This document shows, one piece after another, positions 25,227 through 36,359 of a stretch of 64,000 nucleotides of DNA. Numbering within the stretch: position 1 is the first letter of the stretch; the number at the start of each line of letters is the position of its first letter. Under the pieces are notes generated by a model. The model was not told the origin of the DNA. It saw only the letters and a list, made by a program, of their open reading frames with translations, and ran no database searches. The translations under genes and the position numbers were made by a program. Source of the DNA: Minutocellus sp. GHC0000111 (lineage: Eukaryota); contig OZ361257.1 in the NCBI GenBank assembly GCA_977018835.1, positions 4,526,001-4,590,000 on the forward strand, read 5' to 3'.

Positions 25227-27396
25227 TCAACTCATCCCGGTGTTTCCAGTCATCTTCTGGTGAATGAAAGGAATGAAGTTCCACCTCCAATCCTTGCCGG
25301 AGTCTCTCGCGATCCAATCCCAGGTCTTATTCTTGCGCGTGACAACACGTAGCTTCCCCTTTTCTTTGATATCATCCGGTGGTTTCTCCATGCGATCTCG
25401 AACATTATTATCAGCGAAGTTGACGAAAAAAACGTCTCTGTGAATTGAAAAACGAAATCCCTGGGAAATCATATCAGCCACGTGCGTTGTCTTGTCGCCA
25501 AGCCTGGACCAAAACAGGACGTCGTACGGCGGCATGCTGTCCTTGTGGATGATAAAGTAGGGTTCTTGGCCGTTCATCTTGCGCGTGTATATCTTTCCCT
25601 CCTGTGTACGGTGTTTTTCTGGTGGGACGTACTTGAATTCTGGCTTCTTTCCATCGTACGGAAGAAACAGACTATCTGGATTGTTTGGATCGGCTGTCTC
25701 CCAACCATCGTAATCATAATCCAGGCAATTTGGATATCTTCGGCTCATCCGACGGAGGCCTTTCCTGCCCTTTCGATTTTTGATTGCATCGCTCTCATAT
25801 GTATTTGAGGCTTCCACCAGCGCCTTCTTGGTAGCAGGGACCTCTTCTATCAAATCATCGGGGCAGATCTCGGTATAGTACAGGGGAACAGTGATCGCAG
25901 CTCTCGTCCCACCGTGCTGGACTGGATCATCCATTGCAAGCAATTTATCCCAAGTAGAGGCAACGGTGTCATATCCTTTAGGAGATGGAATCATATCACC
26001 CTCCGCATACAGGATATAATCGGTGCGAGCATGCTCCACCGCAATCTGTCTGAGTAAATTTATTGGATACGGGTCGACAACCATGCCTTCCCACCTGAAC
26101 CATGGCTTCTCCGACTTGTACACAACATGCAAATCGACGAACAACTTTTGCAGCGCATCGGACTGGCTCCAGTATTCATTCAGTTCGGCGACTTCGTCGT
26201 CTCTGTCATCCCGATACCCGACATACATCACCGCGGAAATTGGTCCTTGCCAGCTCCTAGCCATGGCGTCCAATCGGGTCACCGATTGATGGTCAGCTGC
26301 GTGCAGATAGTCACCTTGGGCGACGATGGTCCTCCTCGTGCCGTTTTATAAAATGGTGTCCGTTTGGGCTCGGCAAAGTGCTCTTGCGCAATTGGTAAAG
26401 CCCGAGAAGATTGACTTCGAATGGCATCCGACACCCCTGGAAGACATCCGTTGTCGTCAGCGTTTTGTACTTGAAGCCCAAGCGCGGGCGGAACATCACC
26501 AGCGCCGACATATGGAGCAACGGCCTGGACCACCACGTCAAAATCAGCCTCTTTGGCCCCGTACAGCGCAGCCCAGAGAGGTATGCTGTCCAACTGATAC
26601 ATATTCATCTTCCAGGAATCGTCATCGCAACGTGGTAGTCATGTTGAGAGAGGATCGACTCGTCCAAAGGCAACTCAGTACCGATCATCCCTGTCCAATC
26701 CGATCGCATCATGTCCATCATCACTTTCATTGGTGGGGCGTTTGGGTACTTTTTCTTCCGCTCTTCGGCCGATATCCGCGAGTGCAGATTCACAACGAGA
26801 ACGGCGGAATCGTAGTCTATGGTGTTGGTCCTGGCCTGCACCACGCGTCCTCCTTCTTGCTCGCCCCACATGGAACGAAGATCGTAGAACACCCCACCGT
26901 TCAGAGGTTCGCCGCGGTGCATCATTTTGTACTCCTTTGCTCGTCTGGAGCAAATTATCTTGGTATCTGGGGAAAATAATGTTGTTTTGGTGGTTGCTTG
27001 TTGCGCTGGTTGTCGCCGCTCTTGGTTGTCCCTCTTGGTGATCACTGGTACCGGTGCATGCTGTCCATCTTTCGTCGTTTTGATGACGTGTTTGGTCTTC
27101 AATTTTAGCTTCTTGGTCTGCGAAGGCTTCACATCGGCCAAACTCCTGAGATTTCCATGTATCACATTCTGCTCTTGTAGGTCATTTCTCGCTTGCATGG
27201 AATAGCCCGCTGTGTTGGACTTTTGGACCTTGCCGAGAGAATGAACGAGCAGAAGGGGGACGGTCGTCAGGACCAGCAGCATGGCCGAGAGCGCGACGAG
27301 CAGGGCCCCGCCGACGAACTGCGTCGAGCGACGGGCTGTTTGATGTGGTGCGGCGATTTTCATGCTGTTATCGTTAACATCATTAGATTGCAGCAT
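25227..27396 (-). CDS. type II membrane glycosyltransferase with GT49 (LARGE-like) C-terminal domain; frameshifts at ~26607 and ~26280
   Basis: N-terminal TM FVGGALLVALSAMLLVLTTVPLLLV. GT49 motifs VTICTQLTINR/TRLDAMARSWQGPISAVMYV, YPINLLRQIA, ILYAEGDM, QEPYFII, PYDVLFWSRLGDK. Confidence 0.75.
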
Positions 27397-27611
27397 AGCA
27401 AGTAGCCGACTCTTGCTCTGACTCTCATGTTGAAATGAGAGGGGATCATGCGAGATGGCTTGCTGGCTGATGTGGCGGGGGCATAAATGTTGATTCGTCT
27501 GTCTGCTGTCCGTGCACTGACGAACCAACTGACAACGCGCGTTGCACCCCAGGTGCCTGCTCTGCTGCTGCTCTACTATCAGACGGAACAACGAACCCCC
27601 TCTAGAGGAAG

Positions 27612-28514
27612 ATGAGACCGCCCGTTGCGCTATGCCTCGCGTTTGCGAGCGATCCAAGTTTTGCATCGGGGTTTGTTCCCACCGCTGATCTCAGTGCATC
27701 TTCTGCCTCATGGTTCTCATCGTCGGCAAAACGAGGAGCATCACGAGCAAGAGCCTGCCGAATCCCAAGTTGCAACCCAGCACAGCGATCTCTGCATGTG
27801 CTGTTTTCATCATCTTCATCATCTGATTCGTCCACCCCATCCGAATGTCCTGACTTTGTCACGTCGCCGGTGCTGCGGCAGGTATATCTCGACATGATGC
27901 AAAATGTACAACTATACGGCCACCCAAACATTCCCCTCGGCACCACGGCGGGCAAACAGTGCAAGACGTTGCGTAGATTGGCTTTTCAGAACAAATTATC
28001 TGCCCAAGAAGTTAAATTATTGGAAAGCATTGGGTTTCGGCTTAACTCTTTTGAGGACGTGTACGAGGAGGCCGACTTTGACGACTGTCTGTCGCGATTG
28101 ATGGAATACGAACAAATCCACCAGACGGGATATCAAATACCCAAAAAGTACAAAGAGGATCCCGAGCTGGGTGCGTGGGTGACGATTATACGGAGGATTG
28201 GCCGCGATGGCATCGAGGGGGATCGACGGAAGCGGTTGGATGACATTGGGTTTGCCTGGGTCAGCACCCGCAAGTGTGGAAGTTCCTTCATGAAGAATTA
28301 TCGTCAGATACGGGATGCGATTGCAGCAGCAGCTGAGGCCGACGGCGGAGGCAGCGGTGGCGGGCTTGAAGCCGTGAAAGAGAACGAGGGCATGATGAAA
28401 TGGCTGAGAGCACAGGCTGAGGCAGCTGCCAAGGGCAATTTGAGTCAGGAGAGGATGGAATATCTGGACAAATTGTTTTCTCGTGATGATGATTTGGATT
28501 GGAGAAATTTGTAA
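27612..28514 (+). CDS. helicase-associated (HA) domain protein with probable organelle presequence
   Basis: FDDCLSRLMEYEQIHQTGYQIPKKYKEDPELGAWVTIIRR..RRKRLDDIGFAW plus two degenerate HA repeats. N-terminal ASG-FVP. Confidence 0.8.
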   Translation: MRPPVALCLAFASDPSFASGFVPTADLSASSASWFSSSAKRGASRARACRIPSCNPAQRSLHVLFSSSSSSDSSTPSECPDFVTSPVLRQVYLDMMQNVQLYGHPNIPLGTTAGKQCKTLRRLAFQNKLSAQEVKLLESIGFRLNSFEDVYEEADFDDCLSRLMEYEQIHQTGYQIPKKYKEDPELGAWVTIIRRIGRDGIEGDRRKRLDDIGFAWVSTRKCGSSFMKNYRQIRDAIAAAAEADGGGSGGGLEAVKENEGMMKWLRAQAEAAAKGNLSQERMEYLDKLFSRDDDLDWRNL

Positions 28515-29033
28515 GGAAGAGCGGCCAGTGCATAAATGTAGATGCACGTGCCTGTATCAGTATGGTGGCGGCTACCTCCTCTTTCTTGCGTAGAACTAGA
28601 TACTAGCTAGCTAGATCTGCACATAGTTGTAGCTTATTGAAGAGCAGAGCCAACAAACGCAAAAAGTGTATGCCCCAACAAACAACGCAAAAAAAAGTGT
28701 ATTGCTTGCTTGCGGAAAAAGACCCGGAAATGGGAAAAGGTGGGATAAGCGACTTCAGCCGCCGCGCCGCGACTAGTGCTTCGTTGGTTTTAGGCCGATT
28801 ACATGAATTGCTGTGCATTGCCGATATCCCGATCCATATCCCGATTTCCGCTGCAATGCGCGAAAGACACGCACCACGCAAGCCACCAGCCGTCAGCCTA
28901 GCCACACATCGGCCGTATGCCCTTACTCTCAAATAACAAGCACTAACTGGCATCCTCCCCGATGAAGTGTTCTCCCAGCATGTACGTCCGTCTCGTCGGC
29001 AAGCGCTGCAGTCGCTCAATTGTGTCCGAGCCA

Positions 29034-29669
29034 ATGCACGCCAACGATGATGGCAATGAGAAAGTAGCCAAGAGGGCCCGGACAACTAGCGACGACCAAT
29101 TACACAACGCAGTTGTTGGTTCGGGATATCCCGTCGGCTACACCAAGGGAGAAGCTGACCTCCCGTCATCTTCCACCACCGTTGTTCGCCACACGCCCTC
29201 TCAGTCCGTGTATCACGACGAGGGCCTCTTCGTCCACATTGCCTCGTTCTGCGACCATCGCACCACCATCCGCCTTTGCACGGTAACCAAGTCGTACTGC
29301 AAGGGCCGGTCACGCCTGATCGGCAAGGTGCTGTACCGCGCCGATACCAACAAGACGAAGCCGAAATGTGACCCAATTAACACATCTACCAAGAAGTCAC
29401 GCCTCCTCGAACACACGTATGCTCACAGGAAGCCATGTACGAAGGAGCCAGTAGCCCCCAACAACGACAAGAAGAACAAGGACGTCACCACCAATGTAAC
29501 CAGTGGCAAGATGGATGATGCGTGTGACGAGAGCCCTAACACGTCCACGGCCGGAGGCGAGTTCCTCGACGGCCAGGAACTCATCGATGCCCTCATGCTG
29601 CGCGTCACGTTCGATCTGCGATGGATTCCCACGCCCTGCCCCATCTTGCCCTGGGGGCGAAAATACTAG
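29034..29669 (+). CDS. hypothetical protein with F-box-like segment, probably truncated
   Basis: DEGLFVHIASFCDHRTTIRLCTVTKS resembles an F-box helix pattern; coding-like codon usage. Confidence 0.35.
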   Translation: MHANDDGNEKVAKRARTTSDDQLHNAVVGSGYPVGYTKGEADLPSSSTTVVRHTPSQSVYHDEGLFVHIASFCDHRTTIRLCTVTKSYCKGRSRLIGKVLYRADTNKTKPKCDPINTSTKKSRLLEHTYAHRKPCTKEPVAPNNDKKNKDVTTNVTSGKMDDACDESPNTSTAGGEFLDGQELIDALMLRVTFDLRWIPTPCPILPWGRKY

Positions 29670-30050
29670 CCCGACTTCTAGTTGCTAGAGCTGACGATGG
29701 TCAATATTCATCGCGAACAGAATCGGTGAGCCCTCCTTTACTACACTGCTAACACGAAATAGAAAAGTTATATAGACATTTACTAAAATGATTGCCCCTG
29801 TCCTTTTTCTCTTCAATGGCATCTGCTGCCTACTAAGGATTCGTAGCGGTCGTTGAAACGACCACATCTTAGAGGGCAAATTCTGTCGCCGCCGAAGAAG
29901 AAGAATGTTATGCTACTAGTATATTATCAGTAGTTTCTATTGGTAGATTTAGAAGACCGATGTGGTATATTGTCTGCAGAGACCACCGGAAACAGATCCT
30001 CATTGTGATACATGTAGTCTCTAGCTAGTGCGCCTTGGGTGCTACAGTAC

Positions 30051-31450
30051 TCAGTTGCCGTTCCTAGACCCAGCACAATTCTCTGCCGTGACAACCGGTA
30101 TGCCCCCCAAAGCGCCCTCATAGTTTCCAGATTTCTGTTCTACATCTCGAGGTGTTGGCACCAACAGAGAGATGTCGCCTGCTGCCTTGGCTTCCATTAT
30201 GCATCTGGAGACGATTTGTCTTTCAACGTAGTCATTAATCATCGTATCAGCCTCCCTGGCCATAGCTAATCCCATCGCCTTTGGAAGAAGGGTGCGGTTA
30301 GAGTCGCCTGCCGCTATAAGAGACTTGCGAAACCGCTTGTCCCAGCCCTTCAACTTGTTATGCAAGGCATTCCTTCTCCTCGCTTCCTCCTTGGTCTGTT
30401 TTGGCTTCCCTAAGGGGAGATTGCAACGCTGTCGCTGTAGTAGCTGGCGCATGTGCTTCCATATCAACTCGTGAGTTCTGCGGCGGTGGTGGTTGAAGCG
30501 TGCTTGGATGGAAGTGATGTGCGTCAATGAAAAGGTGCGGATGTGAAGGAGGAGGGATGGGGAATGGCAAAAACGAGGGAATCACAACGGGGCGGCCTCT
30601 CACCGGTACAAGATTTCCTGATGGCAACGGATTTTCTGGTTTCAACAAGGATCGGCCCTTGGGTCGGCCCCGAGGAAGGGCAGGCTGACCCCTTTTCAGA
30701 CGCAGATCGGAAGCCCGCTTCCAGGACCTCTTTGGCCCGACAATCACCTACGATTTGTTGTTGTTTGTCGATTTGAATTTTTCGATAAGCGACGGAGGTG
30801 GTGGTGGCGGCGGTGGTAGGGAGAAGGGGCAAGGGAAGGGAAAGGCGGCAGGTGGATTGTAAGCTGCACTGTCATTTGATTTCAAGATGAACAATGGTGG
30901 CATATTCGCTGTCGGGGCGGGGGGTATTACGACGGGACCCCTTGGTCTCGCGATGCATATTACCTTATGCATTCGTCCGAAACGTACGGGCAGAGGCGAT
31001 AGTCCTTGTTGTGTTGTTGCTCTCGCCGTCTCCTTTTTCTGATCAGACTCCTTTTGGCCACCATGGGTAGTCTTTGGAACATTTTTCGGGACTTTGCCAT
31101 CGGTCTGTGGATGGTTAGGGTGTGCCTTTGCCGTCGCTCTTCCTCCTCCTTCTCCTCCGCCGATGCCTGTCTCGGGCGTGCCAGCGATGACGTCTTCATC
31201 GATGCCATCGTCGGCCTTGCGCTTCCTCTTTTTACCCCTCACCGGTTCCCGAGCAGTAGAATCCAACTTCTCCGATTTAACATGCGATGAGAAATTGGAA
31301 GAAGTCGAAACAACCTCATCTGGTACAGTTTCGGCGGCTGAGGAAGCGGAAGCGGAAGCGGCAGATGCCGAGATGACCTGATCGGGACCGCCGAAGAAGC
31401 CGGCACTCGGATAATCTTCGGCCGACGCCTCAGCCTGAGCGTGGGCATGG
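30051..31450 (-). pseudogene. fragmented hypothetical gene (basic/Pro-rich, NLS-like KKRKRK)
   Basis: Consecutive overlapping minus-strand ORFs in different frames, with an internally duplicated motif (RGPVVIPP / RPVVIPS). Confidence 0.3.
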
Positions 31451-31657
31451 TGCAATATATCGGGTGCAAAATAAAGGCATGCGCACGTAGGAAAGCAGCA
31501 GCGGGCAAGCTGCAGTGGTACTGCCGTATCTTTTTGGAAACATGACACATCGAAGTGTCGGAAAGCAGATGCCGAATATGCCTTCGCGCCAGAGCCCAGC
31601 AGCACCACCGGCGCCGCCCGACGGAGTGGAGACGGACCTCCCAGCCGCCGGGGCAGC

Positions 31658-32497
31658 ATGGCCAGCGAACGGAGCGGGCTGAGCAAGTCGCGCAGCTCCA
31701 TGGACGTGCTGTCCTCGTCCGAGCATCGGGCCTACGAGGAGGAGCACGGTGCCCGAGATGCCGATGGGGGGCAAGATCGACCGCAGGGCCAGCCTCAGCA
31801 GCTTCAAGAGCACCGGGAGCGATCCCAACGGCGACGCCGAGCAGGGTTCAGGCAACGACAACAGCAGCCTTGCCTGCCCCGCCGCTCCTACTCGCTCTGC
31901 CACCTTCCAGAACAAGTCGATGCGATCCATGCGATCGATGCGCAACCTGTTGTCCACCTCCAAGACCAGGCTGTTGGGCACCAGCCTCACCAGCCTGTTC
32001 TCGCACGGGTCCAAATCGGAATGCTTCACCGTCGACGAGCAGGACGATTCCGACCTCTTTCCCACCCTCCTATCGTTCGACACGGTTGAGATCCGCGAGC
32101 ACGACCCGGAGGTCGACGCCAACCCGTGCACGTCGCGGGGCCGGCCCTCACGTTGGGATGGCAGTACACCACCTCCCAACCCGTGGACTTTTACCAGTAT
32201 GAAGAGCACCGGCCAACCCGACAGCAGATGAAGGAGATGCGGCTGCCAAGGGAGGTGCGGGAGCAGCGCCTGATGGCGTCGGGGGTGAGCCGGTCCGAGA
32301 TGGAACGGAGCATCAAGCAGGCCAATATCGCCAAGCAGCGGAGGTCCAAGACGCTGCGGCAGTTGAAGCACTACACCCTCCACGAGCGGTTGGAGGGGAT
32401 GAAGAAGAAGTGCCTGAAGATGATGGGCAAGCGACAGAGTCACGAGGAGGAGGAACGGAAGCTGTGGGAGGAGGCGCAGTGCTACTTTGCTGCGTAG
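31658..32497 (+). CDS. diatom-type hypothetical protein (SFDTVEIREH..NP..GPALTLGW family), frameshifted
   Basis: LSFDTVEIREHDPEVDANPCTS / GPALTLGWQY..VDFYQYEEHR..MRLPREVREQRLMASGVSRSEM is split across frames at ~32140. Confidence 0.65.
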
Positions 32498-32859
32498 GTA
32501 GAAGAGTGTGTCAAGCATACAAGACGGAAGGAAGACAGTTTTCATTTTGTAGTTTTTGTTTTTGATATAATTTTTAATTCGAAATTCTACCGGTATTACA
32601 TGTTATGCCTAGTATGGATTCTATGGGTATAATTGTACTACTGTGTGTGTGCTGAAAATCTAAATATATGCATTAGTGTATACGCATTTTGGTACTCTGA
32701 ACCTATCTCGACTAGAGCTAGACAAGGCGAACAGGTACATGTAGGTGTGTATGTGTGTCATGCGAGACTTCTTCGTTGCCCATGTGATAGTGTTATCATA
32801 TGACAAAAGGCACGTAGACGAAAGGGTCACGAAACGAAATATATATGTGTTGTGTCTTG

Positions 32860-33508
32860 GTAGGAAGGGCCCAAAGTTTGCTATCTCCAGTGGTAGATCA
32901 TCATGTTGTTGACCCGCAACAGGAGTTAGGGTTCGTTTCATCTGAAGGCGGAATGGTCCGGCCGTTATTGATGTTGATGACGTAGAAGGGTTCTGACCAG
33001 AGTCAGATGATCTTTCAAACACATTGTCGATGTACAGATGGCTCACATTGGTGCGTCTGGCGGTGAAGGGTGTGGTGTGTCTGCGGTGAAGACACGGGGG
33101 CGTCGACGCCACCTGACGAGGTGACGGCGATGAAGAATCATCGGAGGTCGTGTCGATGTCCAGACCAACGGACTGTGGAGTCGATCCGGGAAGATATGAA
33201 GATCTTCCTGGAGGGGTGAAAAGGAGGTCACATGTTCTGTCGTCAAAAAGCGTTTTGGTGTCAGCATTGGTCTTCGTTGTGATAGTTTGGCGTTTCTGCA
33301 CCTCTCGTTCCTTGCAGTCACGGTCCATGCTGTGAAAGCTCTTAAGACGCATGATGGCCTTGTGGGACGTCAAGCGAGGTCGGTGCTGGCGGATTTGGTC
33401 CCTATCGTTGTTGTGTGCGTTTGGGGAGCTATTACTGCACTTGCGCGTTTTTAGCGAGGAGGGCGGCGCAAGCACGTTGATGTCGTCGGATGTTGCAGGA
33501 TGGTTCAT
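32860..33508 (-). CDS. Ser/Thr/Pro-rich hypothetical protein
   Basis: ATG after an A-rich leader and a low-complexity ORF; 3' end uncertain. Confidence 0.35.
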
Positions 33509-34661
33509 TCTTTTTTGCTTTTGTTCTGTGTCAAGTACTTATGCTGAGTAGATTGTGAATAAAAAAAATGAAGATTGGCTGTGAAATTGCGAGATCGAGA
33601 GCTGTCTGCAAATTGTCAGTACCGGTACCGGAAGCATGGATGCGGCCATGCAAAAATAAGGCCCGGGCCTGTTGATATTGCCGGCCTTTTCCTTCGGGCA
33701 ATATGTAGGAAAGTAGCAGCCCCGTCGTTCCGAAGCGAAATGAACAGGGCGCTTTCCCCTTCACGATGTCAAGACCCTCTTTTTTTGAAAATAAAGAATA
33801 TCAATTTGCAAGGACCGTTATGTAATGAGACGGTCAAATGTCGTTGGAAACTGCACTTTGAAATTGCGTCTTTGTGTGGGTTGTTCTCCCTCGTTCTTCG
33901 CGTGAGAGGTCTTGACCCGCGCCGGGCAGCTGTTGCCTTTTTCTTCAAGCTGCGACGTCGCTTTCTCACACAGCTTCTTGCAGGCACATGTCTGTCGGCC
34001 AGCTTGCTCGTTCTTTTCAAGCAAAGGCGCCTGTGCTCTGCCTCCAACAACACCCCGATTTGATAAATTCAGATGCTGACGAAGAAACCCCTCATCCCTT
34101 GCATCGGCAGCATTTTTGCTTGGCCGAGTCAGCTTGGACCACGTCGTGAGTGTATCGCCAAGCCGTCGCTCTAGTCGCAACGTGCACCAATCGTCGTTGT
34201 CGGTTTTGCTCTGCTTCCATCACGAACTACATCTGCTTCGAACGCGATCGTTTCGTCCGTATCTTGAGTCTCTCTGGAAAAGCAGCACATCTGTCGGCGC
34301 CACGCCACGCATTCCCTTCTTTTGCTTTTGATTTTCAGATATAACGGGGCGATCAGAAAAACTTTCGGGTCGATAGCTCCTAAAACATTTCCGAACCAAA
34401 GAGGCAGCCAAACTCATTGGAACACATCTCATGCCAGGATTGCACAGGCTCTGAATTCGCAAAGGAATCTCCGGCCTCATAACCTCGGCACCATATATGA
34501 TAAGGAGCGTTGATTTGATCATCCTGTCAGAACATTTCTTCGACGGACGCTCAGAAGGACGGAACCAAAATATTTCGACAATTATCGGAGATTCTCTCTT
34601 CGGAATGAAAAGGCCCGCACGTGTCATTGAATAGATTCTCAGATCAAACACATGCCCAAAG

Positions 34662-36038
34662 ATGTCAGCGTATGCAACATCCTTCTTCCTACCGCCGACA
34701 TCCAGCGCAGCTGATGGCAAAAGTGACACGAAATTGAGTAACATTGGCGGCGAATCATCGTCCTGCTCACAAGAGCCAAGCGTGCCGACGAGCCTGGCGC
34801 TTCATCTTTCCGACGATGAGAAGCCTGTATCACCTTCCACATCGAATAAAACGGTGCCCATCAAAAGCTGCATGCGTAGCCGCGTGCCAGAGATATTGAT
34901 TTCGGTCAAGAGCGCTTCGGTCGATCCAGCGGGCTTCGTTAGAGCCATCACATGTCGAGGGGGCGACGGTAGGAAGCGACCGTTACACCGAGCTGGTGCG
35001 AGGCCTACTAGTATCTCCAATGACGAGCCGAAATGTACTGCAGTAAGTGAAAGTAACGACCAAACACACAGACCGCCGATTAGCCCTAAGAGCGACAAGC
35101 CAAGATTGAGATTCACTGATGGGAATTATGACATACAAAGCAGTCACCGTCCCAAGTCTTCGTCTTCGTCGTGCTCCTCATCGACGTCATCCCTCCACTC
35201 CCATCCCGAGGACGCCATCCGCTTCGAGCTGTCCATATCATATGCCGGCCGGAAGTATTCGGCAACGAGGACATTGAATCGCCTTGTACGACTTCGGCAA
35301 GATCTGATGCGAGAAATCGAAGACCGTCGGCCGGGCATCGTCGTTCCCAAGCGAAGCGACAACAATTACCGCCGACAAAGTTTCACTGACGACGACACGG
35401 ACGTCACCGCGTCCATCTCCTTCGAATCGGACCAGTCTCCACGAAAAACACCATGCACTTCAAATCAAAATACCCCGCCACCCGTCGTGGTAATCCCCGA
35501 GCTTCCAGTGGCTGGCTCTGAAACGCCCAGTGACAATGGATCAGCATCCCGCCCCCACAAGGATCATCGAGGCCTACCGACGCCTTCCACCACCATCGAG
35601 GGGGGCATCGGTGCAGCCGGTAGTCTCGTCAGTGGATCGTTCACCCGCCTTCACATGGCCTTGGCGCAGTACTGCCCAGCCGTCGAGAACTGGTTCCATC
35701 GCATCCTCACTGACATACTGCCCGATCCGGAGAGCAGCCCAAGCCTCATTGCGTTCCTCTGGGAACCGTTGGGGCTGGAGAGGATGATGCCAAGTCCGGA
35801 GAGAAAAGTTCAGCCAGCACCACATCTTGTGCGGGAAAGCATATTAAGAAAGGAATGGGCAATAAGAGGCATAGCTCGACGAGGAGTATTTGTACTCTTG
35901 GCAGCATCGATGAACAGAATTGTGACGAGGAGGACGAAGATGATGAATGAAAAGAGAACAATGAAGAACAATACCGGTACGGTAAATTACGAACAGTGTG
36001 CAAATAGTCTAGATATGTCTGAGTATTACGTAACTTAA
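34662..36038 (+). CDS. hypothetical protein with PX-like domain; 3' end possibly frameshifted
   Basis: FELSISYAGRKYSATRTLNRLVRLRQDL..IPELP..AVENWFHRIL..SSPSLIAFLWEP follows the PX-domain pattern. Confidence 0.6.
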   Translation: MSAYATSFFLPPTSSAADGKSDTKLSNIGGESSSCSQEPSVPTSLALHLSDDEKPVSPSTSNKTVPIKSCMRSRVPEILISVKSASVDPAGFVRAITCRGGDGRKRPLHRAGARPTSISNDEPKCTAVSESNDQTHRPPISPKSDKPRLRFTDGNYDIQSSHRPKSSSSSCSSSTSSLHSHPEDAIRFELSISYAGRKYSATRTLNRLVRLRQDLMREIEDRRPGIVVPKRSDNNYRRQSFTDDDTDVTASISFESDQSPRKTPCTSNQNTPPPVVVIPELPVAGSETPSDNGSASRPHKDHRGLPTPSTTIEGGIGAAGSLVSGSFTRLHMALAQYCPAVENWFHRILTDILPDPESSPSLIAFLWEPLGLERMMPSPERKVQPAPHLVRESILRKEWAIRGIARRGVFVLLAASMNRIVTRRTKMMNEKRTMKNNTGTVNYEQCANSLDMSEYYVT

Positions 36039-36359
36039 ATTCATAGAAACCAAATAGATAGAGATCAAATAGACATCATAGAACATCAGAGTCACCCTCG
36101 CTCTGTCCTTTGCCTGGTGCCTGGGGGTTTGTTTGCTTTCGCGGCGGCTTGCGGCGCTTGCTTGAACAATTCAAAAACGGCGGCTTGCGGCGCTTGCTTG
36201 AACAATTCAAAAACCCGGAAGTCATCAAAGCGCGCCAAAAGACTTCCTGCGCAGGATGACAGCCGCCAGATCAGCCCAGACCGTCGCAACCACACAAAAG
36301 TACATGTAGTCCAATCACTTGCCATATTACAAACCTTTCAGACAAACAAGCAACAAAAA

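Noticed and set aside
4250..32150. Genome-wide programmed frameshifting
   Set aside because: The breaks share no slippery motif or direction and several are in short homopolymer or dinucleotide runs, typical of sequencing indels or decay.
31430..32545. 371-aa minus-strand ORF
   Set aside because: Antisense to the plus-strand family gene; no motifs.
36143..36214. Perfect 36-bp tandem duplication (similar small ones at ~600-640, 6693-6724, 38566-38602)
   Set aside because: Two-copy local slippage duplications with no evidence of function.
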